NCBI RefSeq assembly: GCF_006345805.1
Contig: NC_042997.1
Span: forward strand, 119,474,001-119,538,000
Direction: 5' to 3'
Length of the DNA: 64,000 bases
Source: Octopus sinensis
Taxonomy: Eukaryota
The notes below the pieces were generated by a model. It searched no databases, had not been told where the DNA came from, and was given only the letters and a program-made list of their open reading frames with translations. Each line of letters starts with the position of its first letter. The first letter of the stretch is position 1. Positions 1 through 12,244 of this stretch are shown piece after piece. The translations under genes and the position numbers were made by a program.

Positions 1-735
1 GTGTTTATATTATTGGGCATTGTTATGTGGCTTCTATCTACATTTTCCTGGTGTATTTTTTCTTTTAAATGCTCTATTTCTATTTCTGATATTTTTTGGC
101 TTTGAGAATGTATCTTCGTACGTTAGCTAATTTATTAGGGTTCATTGCTGTACCCAAGTCTATATCTCTATTATTTTCGTTCCATATTTTATATGTATGT
201 GTTTTTGTATTTTCATTTTTTGGGTAGAGCATTGCTGTGAAGTATGCGTGTAAGATAGAAATGTATTCCTCACGTGTCCATTTACGTCTTTTGGGTTTTA
301 TTTGCGGGACATGAGGTACAACGTCCGGCCCATTATTTTGACGGTCGTCATTTTCGTAGGGTACCGGTCCGTTTATTTCTGTTGTCACATTATTTCGCAC
401 GTATAGTGTTTCGTACATTTTGCGGTTGAATAGTATCGGTGGCATTTAATTTCTTCGTAGTTCCTTTGTACATGGTGTTTGGGGTCGGGGATGATCGTGA
501 TGTTCCACGCATGTTTACATGTGTTGTGTTAGAGGTGGAGATGATATCGAGTCAAAATACATCATTTCGTTTCGAAAATAGTAATAAATTTCAATTAGTA
601 TTACTTACTCGGATACAGTGCAATTCTTTGTTAGTAAATCTTTGGCTCCATAGGATGTCCTTGTTTTTATGTTTGTGGATAGATTTCGGAGCTCTGTATT
701 TTCCTTCTTACATCTTAAACGTCCCCGGTGTTCTC
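1..735 (-). mobile_element. 5' part of an R4/Dong-like non-LTR retrotransposon (decayed ORF N-terminus), running off the left edge
   Basis: ORF 80..445(-) contains KRRKWTREEYISILHAYF...YKIW...LANVRRYI, which resembles the N-terminus of R4/Dong-clade ORFs. It begins directly after an (AAT)n tract on the minus strand. A similar motif occurs in ORF 61803..62147. Confidence 0.6.
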
Positions 736-737
736 TT

Positions 738-760
738 TATTATTATTATTATTATTATTA

Positions 761-803
<43 letters not shown>

Positions 804-819
804 CATAATAATAATAATA

Positions 820-867
<48 letters not shown>
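738..867. repeat. (TTA)n microsatellite with a short inverted (TAA)n patch
   Basis: Directly visible; explains the poly-I, poly-Y and poly-N ORFs. Confidence 0.97.
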
Positions 868-1365
868 GTGTGAGAGAGCAGTGCATGCCATCAAGGTGAT
901 ACTGGGGTACAAATATACGAAGCCCAGTATACTCATCATGACTACCCGTCTGATACGGGTACACCGGGCACATGCATCACAACCATATGTGCGCGACATG
1001 GTAATCTCATATCGAGATAAACAGAGCATGACCTTGCAGGTGGGGCCCAGTTAGAATTTTCTTCTGGTCGAATAGCCCATCCCGCTCAAAAGGACCCAAG
1101 TTCCCTATAAGAGTTGTTTAAGGATGTCGAACGAAACACCCGTGTTTTCACAGGTAAATTATTCAAACCCCAAAGAATCCCTCTCAGCACATGGCTGTGA
1201 TGCTCCCCTACTACTTCTGCTCGTGATCAGAGATGCACATATCATCAGCCACTAAAGGACATGCTCAAGTGGGTAAGGTCAAACAACTGACAAGCAAATC
1301 TGTGGTATTGAGCAGAATAGTTGCTGCAGCCCATCTTTTATACCAAGACAAAACAATGTACATAA
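868..1365 (-). mobile_element. ~500-bp interspersed retroposon-like repeat ending in an (AAT)n tail
   Basis: More GC-rich than its flanks and non-coding. On the minus strand it ends ...gcatgcactgctctctcacac-(aat)n. I recognise it as an abundant octopus repeat but cannot assign the family. Confidence 0.55.
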
Positions 1366-3306
1366 GTTGAGATCAGAGGGTATTGATGTCTATTATGACT
1401 ACTCCAATGAAAGTCGTAGTGTATTTAATCCCTAGAGACAATACGTTTGTCTACATATCGCAGAATTTCATATTACCATTCTCGAAACAAGGGAGAATGG
1501 GAGCAATAACTTGGGTAAGATTTGAGAATTGTCTTACATACATTTGACATTAAATTTACTAAAGGATATCGATTTCTTGGTCTATTTGAAAAGGTACGTT
1601 CATTTTCTCTTTCGAGTTTGATGTACAAGAATATGTACATAACATACAGCAGCATGCATTAAATTCATTCTTATCACTCGTATTTATTACTTTCTTGAAG
1701 ATCAAATCCAATTCTTATCACGGTTTTTAGCATGGAAAGTTTTTACTTCTATAATAATAACACGAAAACAATTTTCCTAAATCAGAGATTTTTGTAAGAA
1801 TCAAATGCAATCTGAAGCATGAAAATTAAGTTTTGAGCGCCGTATCACTAAATTATAATGGTGTTTATGTTCTTTATTATATTATCTCACCATTTGCCTT
1901 TTAATTGAAGTTGTAATTAACTTTGAAGCTAAATGAAATCATTATTCATCAAATAAACGTAGGAGATGTTTGAATAATTTTTTTCTCATTTCTTTGCAGT
2001 ATTGGCATTATGAAATTAATTCTGGTTACGCTAACAACATTTTACTAATTAATATTTTTTTTTCTTTTGCGAAATCAAATGAAAAATTATATATAGAATA
2101 TTTAATCTGTGTTTTATTATTTTGTTATTTACTTCTCAGACTCTATAGCAAAGCAAGCTGAGAAATCGTTACATAACATACATTGGAATTTTAATTTCCT
2201 TCTCATACTCAATGCCCTGAAACTATTCTCTCCCGTTTGTTAATAGTTTACCTGGAATAACTTCCAATTTTTATCTCTCTACACCACTGTTTCAAAAACT
2301 GTTGTAACTCACACCACTCTTAAGATTAATGAAAATATGTGAGCGCATATTGATTCTAAAATCAATCACTATACTAAAAACAGAAGATATATATTTTATT
2401 CTAAAAATATAAACGATGTGAGCAATACTTAATTTTTCAAACAATCTAAAATTTTTAGGAAACTGGGATCGCTCATTCACTGCAAATTCAGCTCAATTTA
2501 CTTCCAAACTTTACGTATATTTTACAGTATTTTAATTAGTCAGAGCTGTGGACATTCAAACTTTTACAGATTTATTTCTATTTTGATGAATAAGTTTATG
2601 CAGCATTATATCGTTGGTCTATAAAGCTAACTTTGTTTCTTTCGCTCTATAATTAATGTTTTATAGCAGGAGAAAATAAGCGCTGTGTGGAATGAAATAA
2701 TGCCATAACGACTGCATACTTGTAATTTCATTTTGTTTTCATTTTTCAAACACATTAAACATAAATTTATCATTTCTATGCTGCACTAGCTACAACGTTT
2801 TCCTCACTAATGTGTCTCGGCGCCGTGTTTAGGCTCCATTTCTGCACATTACAACATATCTGTACAGAAAACAAGGCAATATTATAATTAATGGTAACTA
2901 GTAATCAGATATTTAAACATTCATACTGCATATGTGTATAAACTATATAACTAATGGTATCATTACTTAATTTCCTAAATCGTAAAGCACACATTTACAC
3001 AGACATAAAACATACATATATTTCCCTATAACATGCAATATTCATATAAATTATAGGCTCAATTACGCGTGAATTCGGTATTCTGTTTCTCTGCTAACCC
3101 TATTTCACAGTTTATTCTCCTCTGCTTCAGTTTGCCTACCGCAACAACGCCCTACTCAACAACGCCCTCTCCCGCCCTCAATATCCCTCTGAATGGATGG
3201 TTACATACCTCTTTCTCTCTGTATCTAACTTGGTTTCTTCGTCTCCTAATTCACTTATTCTTCTTATCTATTCCCTAGTCTCTGTTTATTTATTTATTTC
3301 TTTTTG

Positions 3307-3351
<45 letters not shown>

Positions 3352-3719
3352 GATTACAAAATATGCGTTACCTCATATACTATATTAAGTAAATCCCTGT
3401 CAATCATGATTATCAGTGATGTGTATGACGCATTATCAGAAGTAGAATATTAACGATAATAAACCATAAAAATTATTTCTGCACATTCCCTTTGCCAAAG
3501 GATAATAAAGTTTCCATGTAAGGAGAGTCTTGGGAAAGCCGTATCATTGCATGGCTATAAAACTAAACGCAAGCGAAAAGAAAACAAAACACATCCATAA
3601 TCTCATCACTACACGCACACACACACACATCACTGGATCAAGTGGAGAGGACCAATGTGGATGGTCGGCATGTTAGAAATACTATAGACATCCCTTTCAC
3701 ACCATGTCCCACTCTCTCA

Positions 3720-4148
3720 TTACTCTTTTTACTCTTTTACTTGTTTCAGTCATTTCACTGTGGCCATGCTGGTGCATCACCTCTACTCGAGAAAATTGAC
3801 CTCAGGACTTATTCTTTGTAAGCCTAGTACTTTATTTATTCTATCGGTTGCTTTTCTCAAACCGTGAAGTTACGGAGACATAAACTCACCACAATCGGTT
3901 GTCAAGCAATGTTGGGAAGACAAACACAGACACAAAAAAACATATACTCACACACATACATATATATATATATATACATATATACGACGGGCTCCTTTCA
4001 GTTTCCGTCTACCAAATCCACTCACAAGGCTTTTGTCGGCCCGAGGCTATAGCAGAAGACACTTGTCCAAGATGTCACGCAGTGAGACTGAACCCGGAAC
4101 CATGTGGTTCGTAAACGAGCTACTTACCACAGAGTCACTCCTACGGCT
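3720..4148 (-). mobile_element. tRNA-derived SINE, family B (CORE-like, internal TA/CA microsatellite)
   Basis: Reverse complement has the head gagtgactctgtggtaagtagc...ccgggttcagtc, a CORE-like cttggacaagtgtc segment and the tail gactgaaacaagtaaaagagtaaaagag. Matches copies at 27091, 31591 and 57683. Confidence 0.9.
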
Positions 4149-4424
4149 CTTATGTTTATTCGTACATATTAGTCAATCCAGACCTCCAGATGCTGCTAGA
4201 CACCTTCTGCACATCGCAAGCAAATGTATTATGTGTCGACATGTATATCAGCGGAGAAGGTCAGCGTAGAGAGATTTGATAGTCATAATGGTCATCAACT
4301 AAGATGCAACACACTAGTAACTTATATTGGATCACATCCATTGCATTAGTCTCTTCGGCCATTCATAACAATGAATATACACAAATCATGTAATTTTTCC
4401 TTGCAGTTTGAAAGCCTTACATTT

Positions 4425-4742
4425 AAATTCGTAAGTTTACTGGCATTCCGTCGTTTAAGGCGAGGAGTGTTTCACTTCATCCGACCAACGGACCAGTCTG
4501 ATCGTGAATTTAACGTGCAAGTGGCTGAGAATTTCACAGGCACATGCATTCTTAATGTAGTTCTCAGGAGGCTACAGCATAATACAGAATGCGACAAGGC
4601 TGGCCCTTTAAATACAGGTACGTCTCATTTTTGCTAACTGAGTGAAATAAAGTGTCATGCTCATGGGCACGATGCACCGCCAAGAATCGAACTCAGGACA
4701 TTACCATCTTGGGCGAAATACCCTAACGACTAAGCCACGCGT
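4425..4742 (-). mobile_element. tRNA-derived SINE, family D (decayed)
   Basis: Minus strand starts cgcgtggcttagtcgttaggg (A box-like) ... gagttcgattc (B box). Confidence 0.7.
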
Positions 4743-6129
4743 CATTCAAGTTACATAAAAAAGAGAAACATTTATTTCTACTGAGGATCTCAAAATAACT
4801 ATTATTGCATGCTTTGCAGTCGAAAAATATTAAATTTTCGTTTTTAAAATTAAATCACACCCCATTCCCCCAACCAGAATGTGAAAACCTATAATAATAT
4901 TAAGAACAACTGTTGTTACTTTGATAGAAATTGCAACAGCTAGGAATGTAGTTTGTGCAGAAGGCTAATAGTTTGACCTGACTTACAAGTACAGGATATC
5001 CGTGCATTTCGCTTAAAACGAATTTATCAACATGCGCAGAATTTAAGAAAGCCAAAAGCAAGAACTGCAAATAGCAATTTCTAGCAGCTTTTGCTACTTA
5101 AAGTTATCCAACATGCATATTTATATAAATAAAAAAAATACATTATTTTCATAAACTAGTAAAAAGCCCAACCTTGTCCTTAACAGAAGTCAGAATCATA
5201 TCTTGAATTACTTAATCAACAATCGGAAGTTCTTTATACTCTTACAGGCACGAGATGTTTTGAATATTATAACATACCAAAACAATATTTTCAAACGAAA
5301 TATAGGAACTGCCACACCAAATGTACTAAAATTAAACTTCATGTTATAATTTTCCAACTAACCCAATTAGAAAAACATCTTATATTTAATTTTAGTTACA
5401 ACGTCCTGCAGAATCACCCAAACAGCAGTCAATTTTGATTTGTTATAGCTTTGTAACTTATTAAAAAGCTCCCGGAGCAACTATACAATGCTAACATCTA
5501 AGCCGGAAGCATTCAGTTCGACGTTTTTATTCATGCATTTAAGTGTGAGTTCAGATTAAAATAACATCCAACAATTAACTTTCCTTTCAACATAGTTCTT
5601 ACCTCCTAAGACACTCCATGACCTTTATGTGTCTAATGTAGAATATCTAATCTATTTCTCCGTTGCACACTAAGCACAACCCTGGATGCTCTCTAGTTAC
5701 ACAAAAGGATTTTCAATTAACGCTCCTAGTACAGTGTAAACAGTTTAAACCAAACTTTTATAAGCTAACATTTCAATCTTCCTTAAGAAGCTTGTTCGAG
5801 ATGTTAATTTTCACAAGGAACATTTAATAGATTTCTTTCCTTTCATATTTTTTCATTTTTCTATAACGACTTTTAAATATATATCTATGTAGACTTCTGA
5901 CATAATGAGTTAATTGCCTTTATTATTATTACAATCTAGACAATGACTGATCGTACACCAGTAGAACTCTGTTTAACCCTCTTATCTCATTCCCTTCTAT
6001 CGATAATGTAATCTCGCAACATTTCTTCTTATCAGGAATAATAAATTCGTTTCCTTGTATTATAATAGCAATACGATATTAAATTCTACTTTGAATGTTT
6101 TTATCAGTTAAATTGTACATTTATCTTCA

Positions 6130-6445
6130 TCTACGTTCTTGTCGTCGTCCTTGTCGATGTCACAATCATCGTTGTCATCGTCATCGTCTACAAACTCCTT
6201 CTTCCCCTTTCCCCTCCTCCTCCATATCATCAGCTTTATTACCACCTCTTCGTAGCCAATTACATCTTTACTATACTTAATTATTATTATTGTTGTTATA
6301 GTTATAATTCTTCTTGTTCTTGTTTTTGTTCTTGTTCTTGTCCTTGTTGTTGTTGTTGTTGTTCTTCTTCTTCTTCTTCTTCTTCTTATTATTATTATTA
6401 TTATTATTACTATTATTATTAGTATTATTATTAATATTATAATTC
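6130..6445. repeat. compound trinucleotide low-complexity tract (TCA/TCG, TTG, TTC, TTA)
   Basis: Directly visible. Confidence 0.9.
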
Positions 6446-6454
6446 CATTACACA

Positions 6455-6570
6455 TCTTCTGAGGCTGGAGATGTACTGCGGGATCAGCTGTTCACTACCA
6501 GTGAAGTAAGGTAACACCCCTTATTTTTCGAGCACCATCCAGAGTATTCGAGCATTTCCTTGAAAATTTC
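6455..6570 (-). mobile_element. 3' terminus of an R4/Dong-like LINE with (TAA)n tail
   Basis: Minus strand reads ARILWMVLEK-stop, similar to the ARILRxVL C-terminus of restriction-like-endonuclease LINEs. A short 3' UTR follows and runs into (TAA)n. Confidence 0.55.
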
Positions 6571-7477
6571 TTAAATTTTTCCTGAACGTAGATCTTCTAT
6601 TCAAAAACTTCTACGTAAGGTCATAACGACACTGTTATACAGTGGAGGTATCCTCGTGCCACTCTTATATCCCGTTACCACATATCAGTGGCTGTGTGAG
6701 CTACGAATCTTCGTCGCCATAGTTATTTCCCGCATTATGACGACGTATGGCGTCGTCTGCTGGACTGGCCCGAACAGCATAACTCGCTGACTGATATTAC
6801 TGACTGTGTCAGTCCACTATGTATTAGTAGTAGACTAGCCTACCTCTCACCTGGGCCGTCCGATACAACAACATGTAACTTAAGTTCTAACCCAGTGCAT
6901 AGGTTCAAAAGTGTCCTATAAAACATGTAACAGTCGTGCAACATTTGGTCGATTTAATAGACCTCCACGTAAAGAAATAAACGTTGGATATAACATATAA
7001 CGACATTTCATGCCTCATTACACTCCGATCGTAATTTCCGCCACTGCCATCTCTACCATTTACCCGCTTTGTATTGCGAGAGATGTCATCGATTTACTTC
7101 TCCTCTAAAGTCGTTCATCTTTTGCGAAAATTAGAATTAAATATTACTATTAAAATTAGAACTATCATTTCAATTAATGTTAACACTAATTAAATACTAA
7201 TTATGCAATATGACAGTTAATACCATTAAGAATTTTATTGTTCACTTTTCGATTTTAAATACCCGGGAAGTTTTGAGAAAATAATCAAAAGCAATTGTGT
7301 AATAATGTATCAAATTTCTTGTAAATTAAGCATAGATATGTAATCTTTCATCTCAGACAGCTTAAGTATTTTGCATCAATATTATATAGAACTACATCAA
7401 AATTTGCATTTCAAAATACACTTTTGCCGAATGTAACCAAATAAATTGTATATCTTAGTATATATTGGCACCGAAAT

Positions 7478-7710
7478 AAGGCGGCGAGCTGGCAGAACCG
7501 TTAGCACGCCGGGTAAAATGCGTAGCCATATTTCGTCTGTCGTTACGCTCCGAGTTCAAATTCCGCCGAGGTCGACTTTGCCTTTCATCCTTTCTGGGTC
7601 GATAAATTAAGTACCAGTTACGCACTGGCGTCGATGTAATCGACTTAATCCCTTTGTCTGTCCTGGTTTGTCCTTTATGTGTTTAGCCCCTTGTGGGTTG
7701 TAAAGAAATA
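7478..7710 (+). mobile_element. tRNA-derived SINE, family A
   Basis: ggcgagctggcagaa...gagttcaaattcc (B box)...gggtcgataaattaagtaccag...taaagaaata. Closely similar copies at 22223, 50089 and 59940. Confidence 0.93.
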
Positions 7711-8734
7711 TATATTGTTACCTATTATGTTATGCTTTAGTTGAAAAATGGCACTTAGTATATGAGCCTATAACTAACACCACAGTTGCAGCAGTTCCTT
7801 TAATTTGATGATGTATAAGAACCAACCATTCATGTATGTCTGGTGTAGGTTGATACTGGACATAAACTTTGTACATAAATTACGATATTACTTTATTTTT
7901 CCTTCAAAATGTTGCAAATTTTGCTATCTTTGTAATAACCAAATTAATTTAAATTAAAATCACACTTAATATGATATTAGTAAGATATCCTAATAAACGA
8001 TTCTAGCTGAATAAGTTGTGACATATTTATGCGCATTTTCTAATATTAATTATTGCAACAAATTTATTTGAAATATAATTTTGATTTATGTGTTCGTTAA
8101 TCTTTACAACACATTATGTAAACCCATCTACATCAAGTAGCTCAAATACACAGTCACGAAATCTCTCATTCCCCATCTCAAATATAAAATGAAAATTATC
8201 AAGTCAGTACAGTTGCGATATATTCCATCAGAAGAAGGAAGAGCTTTTAAACTGGAAGTGATGGTATAACTAGTAGTGGAAGCTATATATGGGTAACCAT
8301 AAAAAAGAGAAGCAGATATAAAGTCATAATAAGAGGAGGATAGATAGAAACTAAAACAACATTACAAGGGATAGATGTATAAGTTTCGTGAGTCAGAAGG
8401 AGGGACTTGAAAAGTAGTCAGAGTGCTAGTAGAGTGCTAGCTGTGATACTGAGTGAGAATGGTATGAAGAAGACCACGTGTAGAATAGCGACAGTGTGGC
8501 AAGTAAGTTAGAATTATCACTCATCTACACTAGTCCCCGGGTAGGAGGAAAGGTTATTATGCGTAGAGAGGAGCTTAAAGTTTCACGGTAAAGGGGTGAT
8601 GTACAATATAGAATATTCGTAGTATCCTCTATATCGTCTATCTACGTGGAATGCCGCTCAATGCAATGTGTTCGAAGGCGAAGTTTATGCTAAGTAGACG
8701 AGGGGAGAAGCAAAAGAACTGAGAAGTAATGTAT

Positions 8735-9055
8735 ATTTGTCACATAACTCAACTGCTAAAAGGCAAATACTCTGCCGTTACAAGGGGGGATCTCCCTTAT
8801 AGTAAAAATGTGTGAAACACCTTTTTGTTCAGTGTCTCCATCTATAGGAATCTCAGACATCGATGATTCGAGGTTTTTTTTTACTCTTGTCAAAGAGATA
8901 TACCTAAGAGAGGCAACTGTGAACGAACTTAATGAGGCCGTAGCTTTATATATAATTCAGTCAGCATGTTGACTGATTTGTTCCATAAGAGAGATTTTTC
9001 TCCACGGTTACTGCAGTGTATTTCTCTTTTAGCAGTTGAGATATGTGAGAAGCGT
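8735..9055. mobile_element. MITE-like element with terminal inverted repeats
   Basis: tcacataactcaactgctaaaaggcaaatactctgc (8740-) is an imperfect reverse complement of gcagtgtatttctcttttagcagttgagatatgtga (9013-9048). The same family occurs at 52.57-53.07 kb. Confidence 0.7.
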
Positions 9056-10072
9056 ATTTCACCTAGCTTAAATTGTGTCGTTTTTGTTTTTGTATAATAT
9101 TTTATTCGGTAAATGAAACACTTTAGTATGAATGTGATATTAGTTAAAGTGTCTTATGCTATCCGTTTTATAGAAAGATCGTTCAATATAATGTGTATAT
9201 TGTTGCGTCGTAATTAACTGAAATGTCTTTGTTTCGAATACATGCGCCATTTTATATATGCGATATAATTGCATCTTATGTATAGTACTTTTTAATTAAG
9301 TGGATCGAAGAATGCATTAATATCATTGTAAGCTTCTGTCATTTATTTCTATGAAATAAATCCTTCTTCCTCTTTAATTTTTTCCAACTCTCTTCTGTTA
9401 CAATATCGTGTTGATTGCGTAAATAAAACTGTTGATAATGTTTTTTCAGTTATTATTCAAATTATACTAGGCCGGTAGTTTCTTAGGACGTCCACGGAAT
9501 CCAAATTTTGCTCTCACGATTTGAAAAAAAAACCGAAAATCTAGCACTATGTGTCATGGAGTGACAATCCACGATTTCTCAAAGCTGCAATTGTTAACTC
9601 CAAGCTTATAACTTAAATTGTTACATACAATTATTAAGATATTTCTCACAGTTTATAATTAAGGTAACCCGAAGTATATGGAAAAGTAATTATGAGGGTA
9701 TGAGTTTACCCGTAATACAGTGGTAAGAAAAATTGTGATACTTTTACTTAATAATATATATCAGATTATAGTTTTTAAATCAAATCATTGCCTATGTATA
9801 ACAGCATACGTATTTTGCGTACATGCAAGTAATTAAACTGGAGCATGAATAAAATGGTGGAACATCGATGAACCATATCACATTTCAATAGTTTTTACGT
9901 TCAGGTGTGCATAAAATAGCAATAATGATAATAATAATGCGGAAGAAAGGTGTTACATGGGAAACTTCTAGCTTCCAAAGATAAATTTTTATTTCTCAGT
10001 TGGTGTTGTTCTAGTTCCTCAGACTACATACATACGTACATACATATATACATACATATAGATATACATATA

Positions 10073-10130
<58 letters not shown>

Positions 10131-10138
<8 letters not shown>

Positions 10139-10641
10139 AGTGAATTGAAGAAATGGAGTTGAACGAAGATTGAACAGAAATCGTTTTATTGCATTCTACA
10201 CGTGTTTCGAAAGGCACAATTTACCAAATTCCGATTGAATAAGGAGACCATATTGTGTCTTTCTCTTCAGGAAGAAATAGGAAATCCTTTGGAAAAAACA
10301 GAACAGAGGCGGAGCAAAACAAATCGAACGAGGCTCCTAAGAGCCCATGGCCAAACTGTTTATCAATGTATGTTTTCAACATAAATTGATAAATTGATAA
10401 ATTGTGCCTTTCGAAACACGTGTAGAATGCAATAAAACGATTTCTGTTCAATCTTCGTTCAACTCCATTTCTTCAATTCACTAATAATATTAAAATTCAA
10501 TTATCCGCACCAACGCACGGTTGCAACACCATATGGTTGTACCTCCAACCGTGCTGTCTTCTGCTGTGATTTTTGCTACCAAGGTATCGGTCAAACTTTT
10601 GATTTATCTGCAACAAGATTATTCATCTTTCTATTTCACAA
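10131..10641. mobile_element. Penelope-type pseudo-LTR / retrozyme-like non-coding element with a 93-bp inverted repeat, flanked by (TA)n on both sides
   Basis: 10131-10223 is the reverse complement of 10398-10490. Contains a hammerhead motif followed by AATAAA. Confidence 0.8.
10187..10279 (-). ncRNA. type I hammerhead ribozyme motif (canonical core)
   Basis: Minus strand: tatttcttc-CTGAAGA-gaaagacacaat...attgtgcctttc-GAAA-cacgtg-TA-gaatgcaata. Stem II pairs 11 of 12 bp, stem III is the palindrome CACGTG, and stem I is ttc/gaa plus tatt/aata. Confidence 0.85.
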
Positions 10642-10665
10642 TATATATATATATATATATATATA

Positions 10666-10851
10666 GGGAGAGTTTACGAAAAAAACAAAAGACGAAGACA
10701 GGTGGTGTACAAAACAAACAGATATATTAGTATAACGCTTAGGAATAGAAAATGTCTTTTACGTTTCGAGCCTACGCTCCTCTACAGAAAGGGACACAGA
10801 AAAAACAAGGAGAGAAAAAATGTGTGTAGTGGCTAACGATCTATCATGGCG
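10666..10851 (-). mobile_element. ~190-bp Penelope-pLTR-like repeat (family H) with variant hammerhead
   Basis: Minus strand: ccttt-CTGTAGA-g-gagc gtag gctc-GAAA-cg-TA-aaagac (10754-10795). Homologous copies at 19467, 30885 and 41468. Confidence 0.75.
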
Positions 10852-11987
10852 TCTGACTGGGACAGAAGGGTAACACACGAGATACATACATGCATACATA
10901 CATATATATATATATATATTATATATATATATATTTATATATAATGAACCAATGATTATCACATGATATAAAGTTACAGTTACTAAACGATATATATTCT
11001 TTCTATTTTAACACGGGTCTATTTTTTTGCTTAGCAGTAAGCGATGACCAATTATTAGTCTCTAAGACACGAACTCAAAATTTAGAGAGACAAAACATAA
11101 TTTTATGTAGCGCCCATATTATGAATCACATTATTATTTCTATAACTCAAGTAATTTAGCATCCCAAGTCGGTTTTATATTCCACTAATATTTCCGTTAT
11201 ATATTTGCCTCTGAAACAGTAATATAAAATTATTACCTGTTTCTAGCGCTATTTTCAAGCTTCTCTACATTAGAAGTTATTAATCATAAGCTCTTACAAG
11301 TCAATTTCACCTATAACATCCACCTAGAGTGCGATTTTACGGAAGTTAATTTATCATAGGAAATATCTCAATTGAGATCTACTGATTTAAAATTACAATG
11401 GCAAACCTATCCACACAAAATTGGTGTATTTCACATTTTCTTTTCACCTACAACAATATTGATGTCGATATATTTTTTAATTCAGTAAACGGATTTTCGT
11501 TATTCTTCTTATGACTATCTTTGAACTATATTTCATTTGTTCATTTTATTAGCAATAAGTACCATCAATAAAGGAGCCATTATTTTATATATTCTTTCAT
11601 CTATTTCCGTTTGTTTACGACCGGATAAATCGATGTTTAGTCTAGTTTATATGAACCATAAAACTCTAACTGATATATCGATTTTCGTATATAGGTAGTA
11701 GTCCTTTTTAATGAGATTAGGTTTCTGTACAACTATTTACTTGCCTGTGTCGGTGTCTTTAATCTACCTTAATAATAACACATGTACTACAGATAGTTGC
11801 TTCACTTAACTTCATAATTATTATTTCCCTACTGAAGAAAAGAAAAAATGGAATAAATATGAATATATACACGCCCAAAGGTGTATATGTGGATATCTAT
11901 GTAGTAATTATTTGTTATACTTTGAAATACGGAAGATTAATACAAAACCTAGGATTGTCATTATAGATATCATTTTTATTTTAATAA

Positions 11988-12153
11988 TAGGCGCAGGAGT
12001 GGCTGTGTGTTAATTAGCTTGCTTACCAACCACATGTTTCCGGGTTCAGACCCATTGCGCGGCCGCATGGGCTAGTGTCTTATACTATAGCCTTGGGCCG
12101 ACCAGAGCATTATGAGTGGATTTGGTAGACGGAAACTGAAAGACACCCGTCGT
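11988..12153 (+). mobile_element. SINE family B, 5' half only
   Basis: taggcgcaggagtggctgtgtg...gtagacggaaactgaaagacacccgtcg, then (TA)n. The 3' half is absent and the Penelope element follows directly. Confidence 0.88.
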
Positions 12154-12164
12154 ATATATATATA

Positions 12165-12237
<73 letters not shown>

Positions 12238-12244
12238 AAATATA

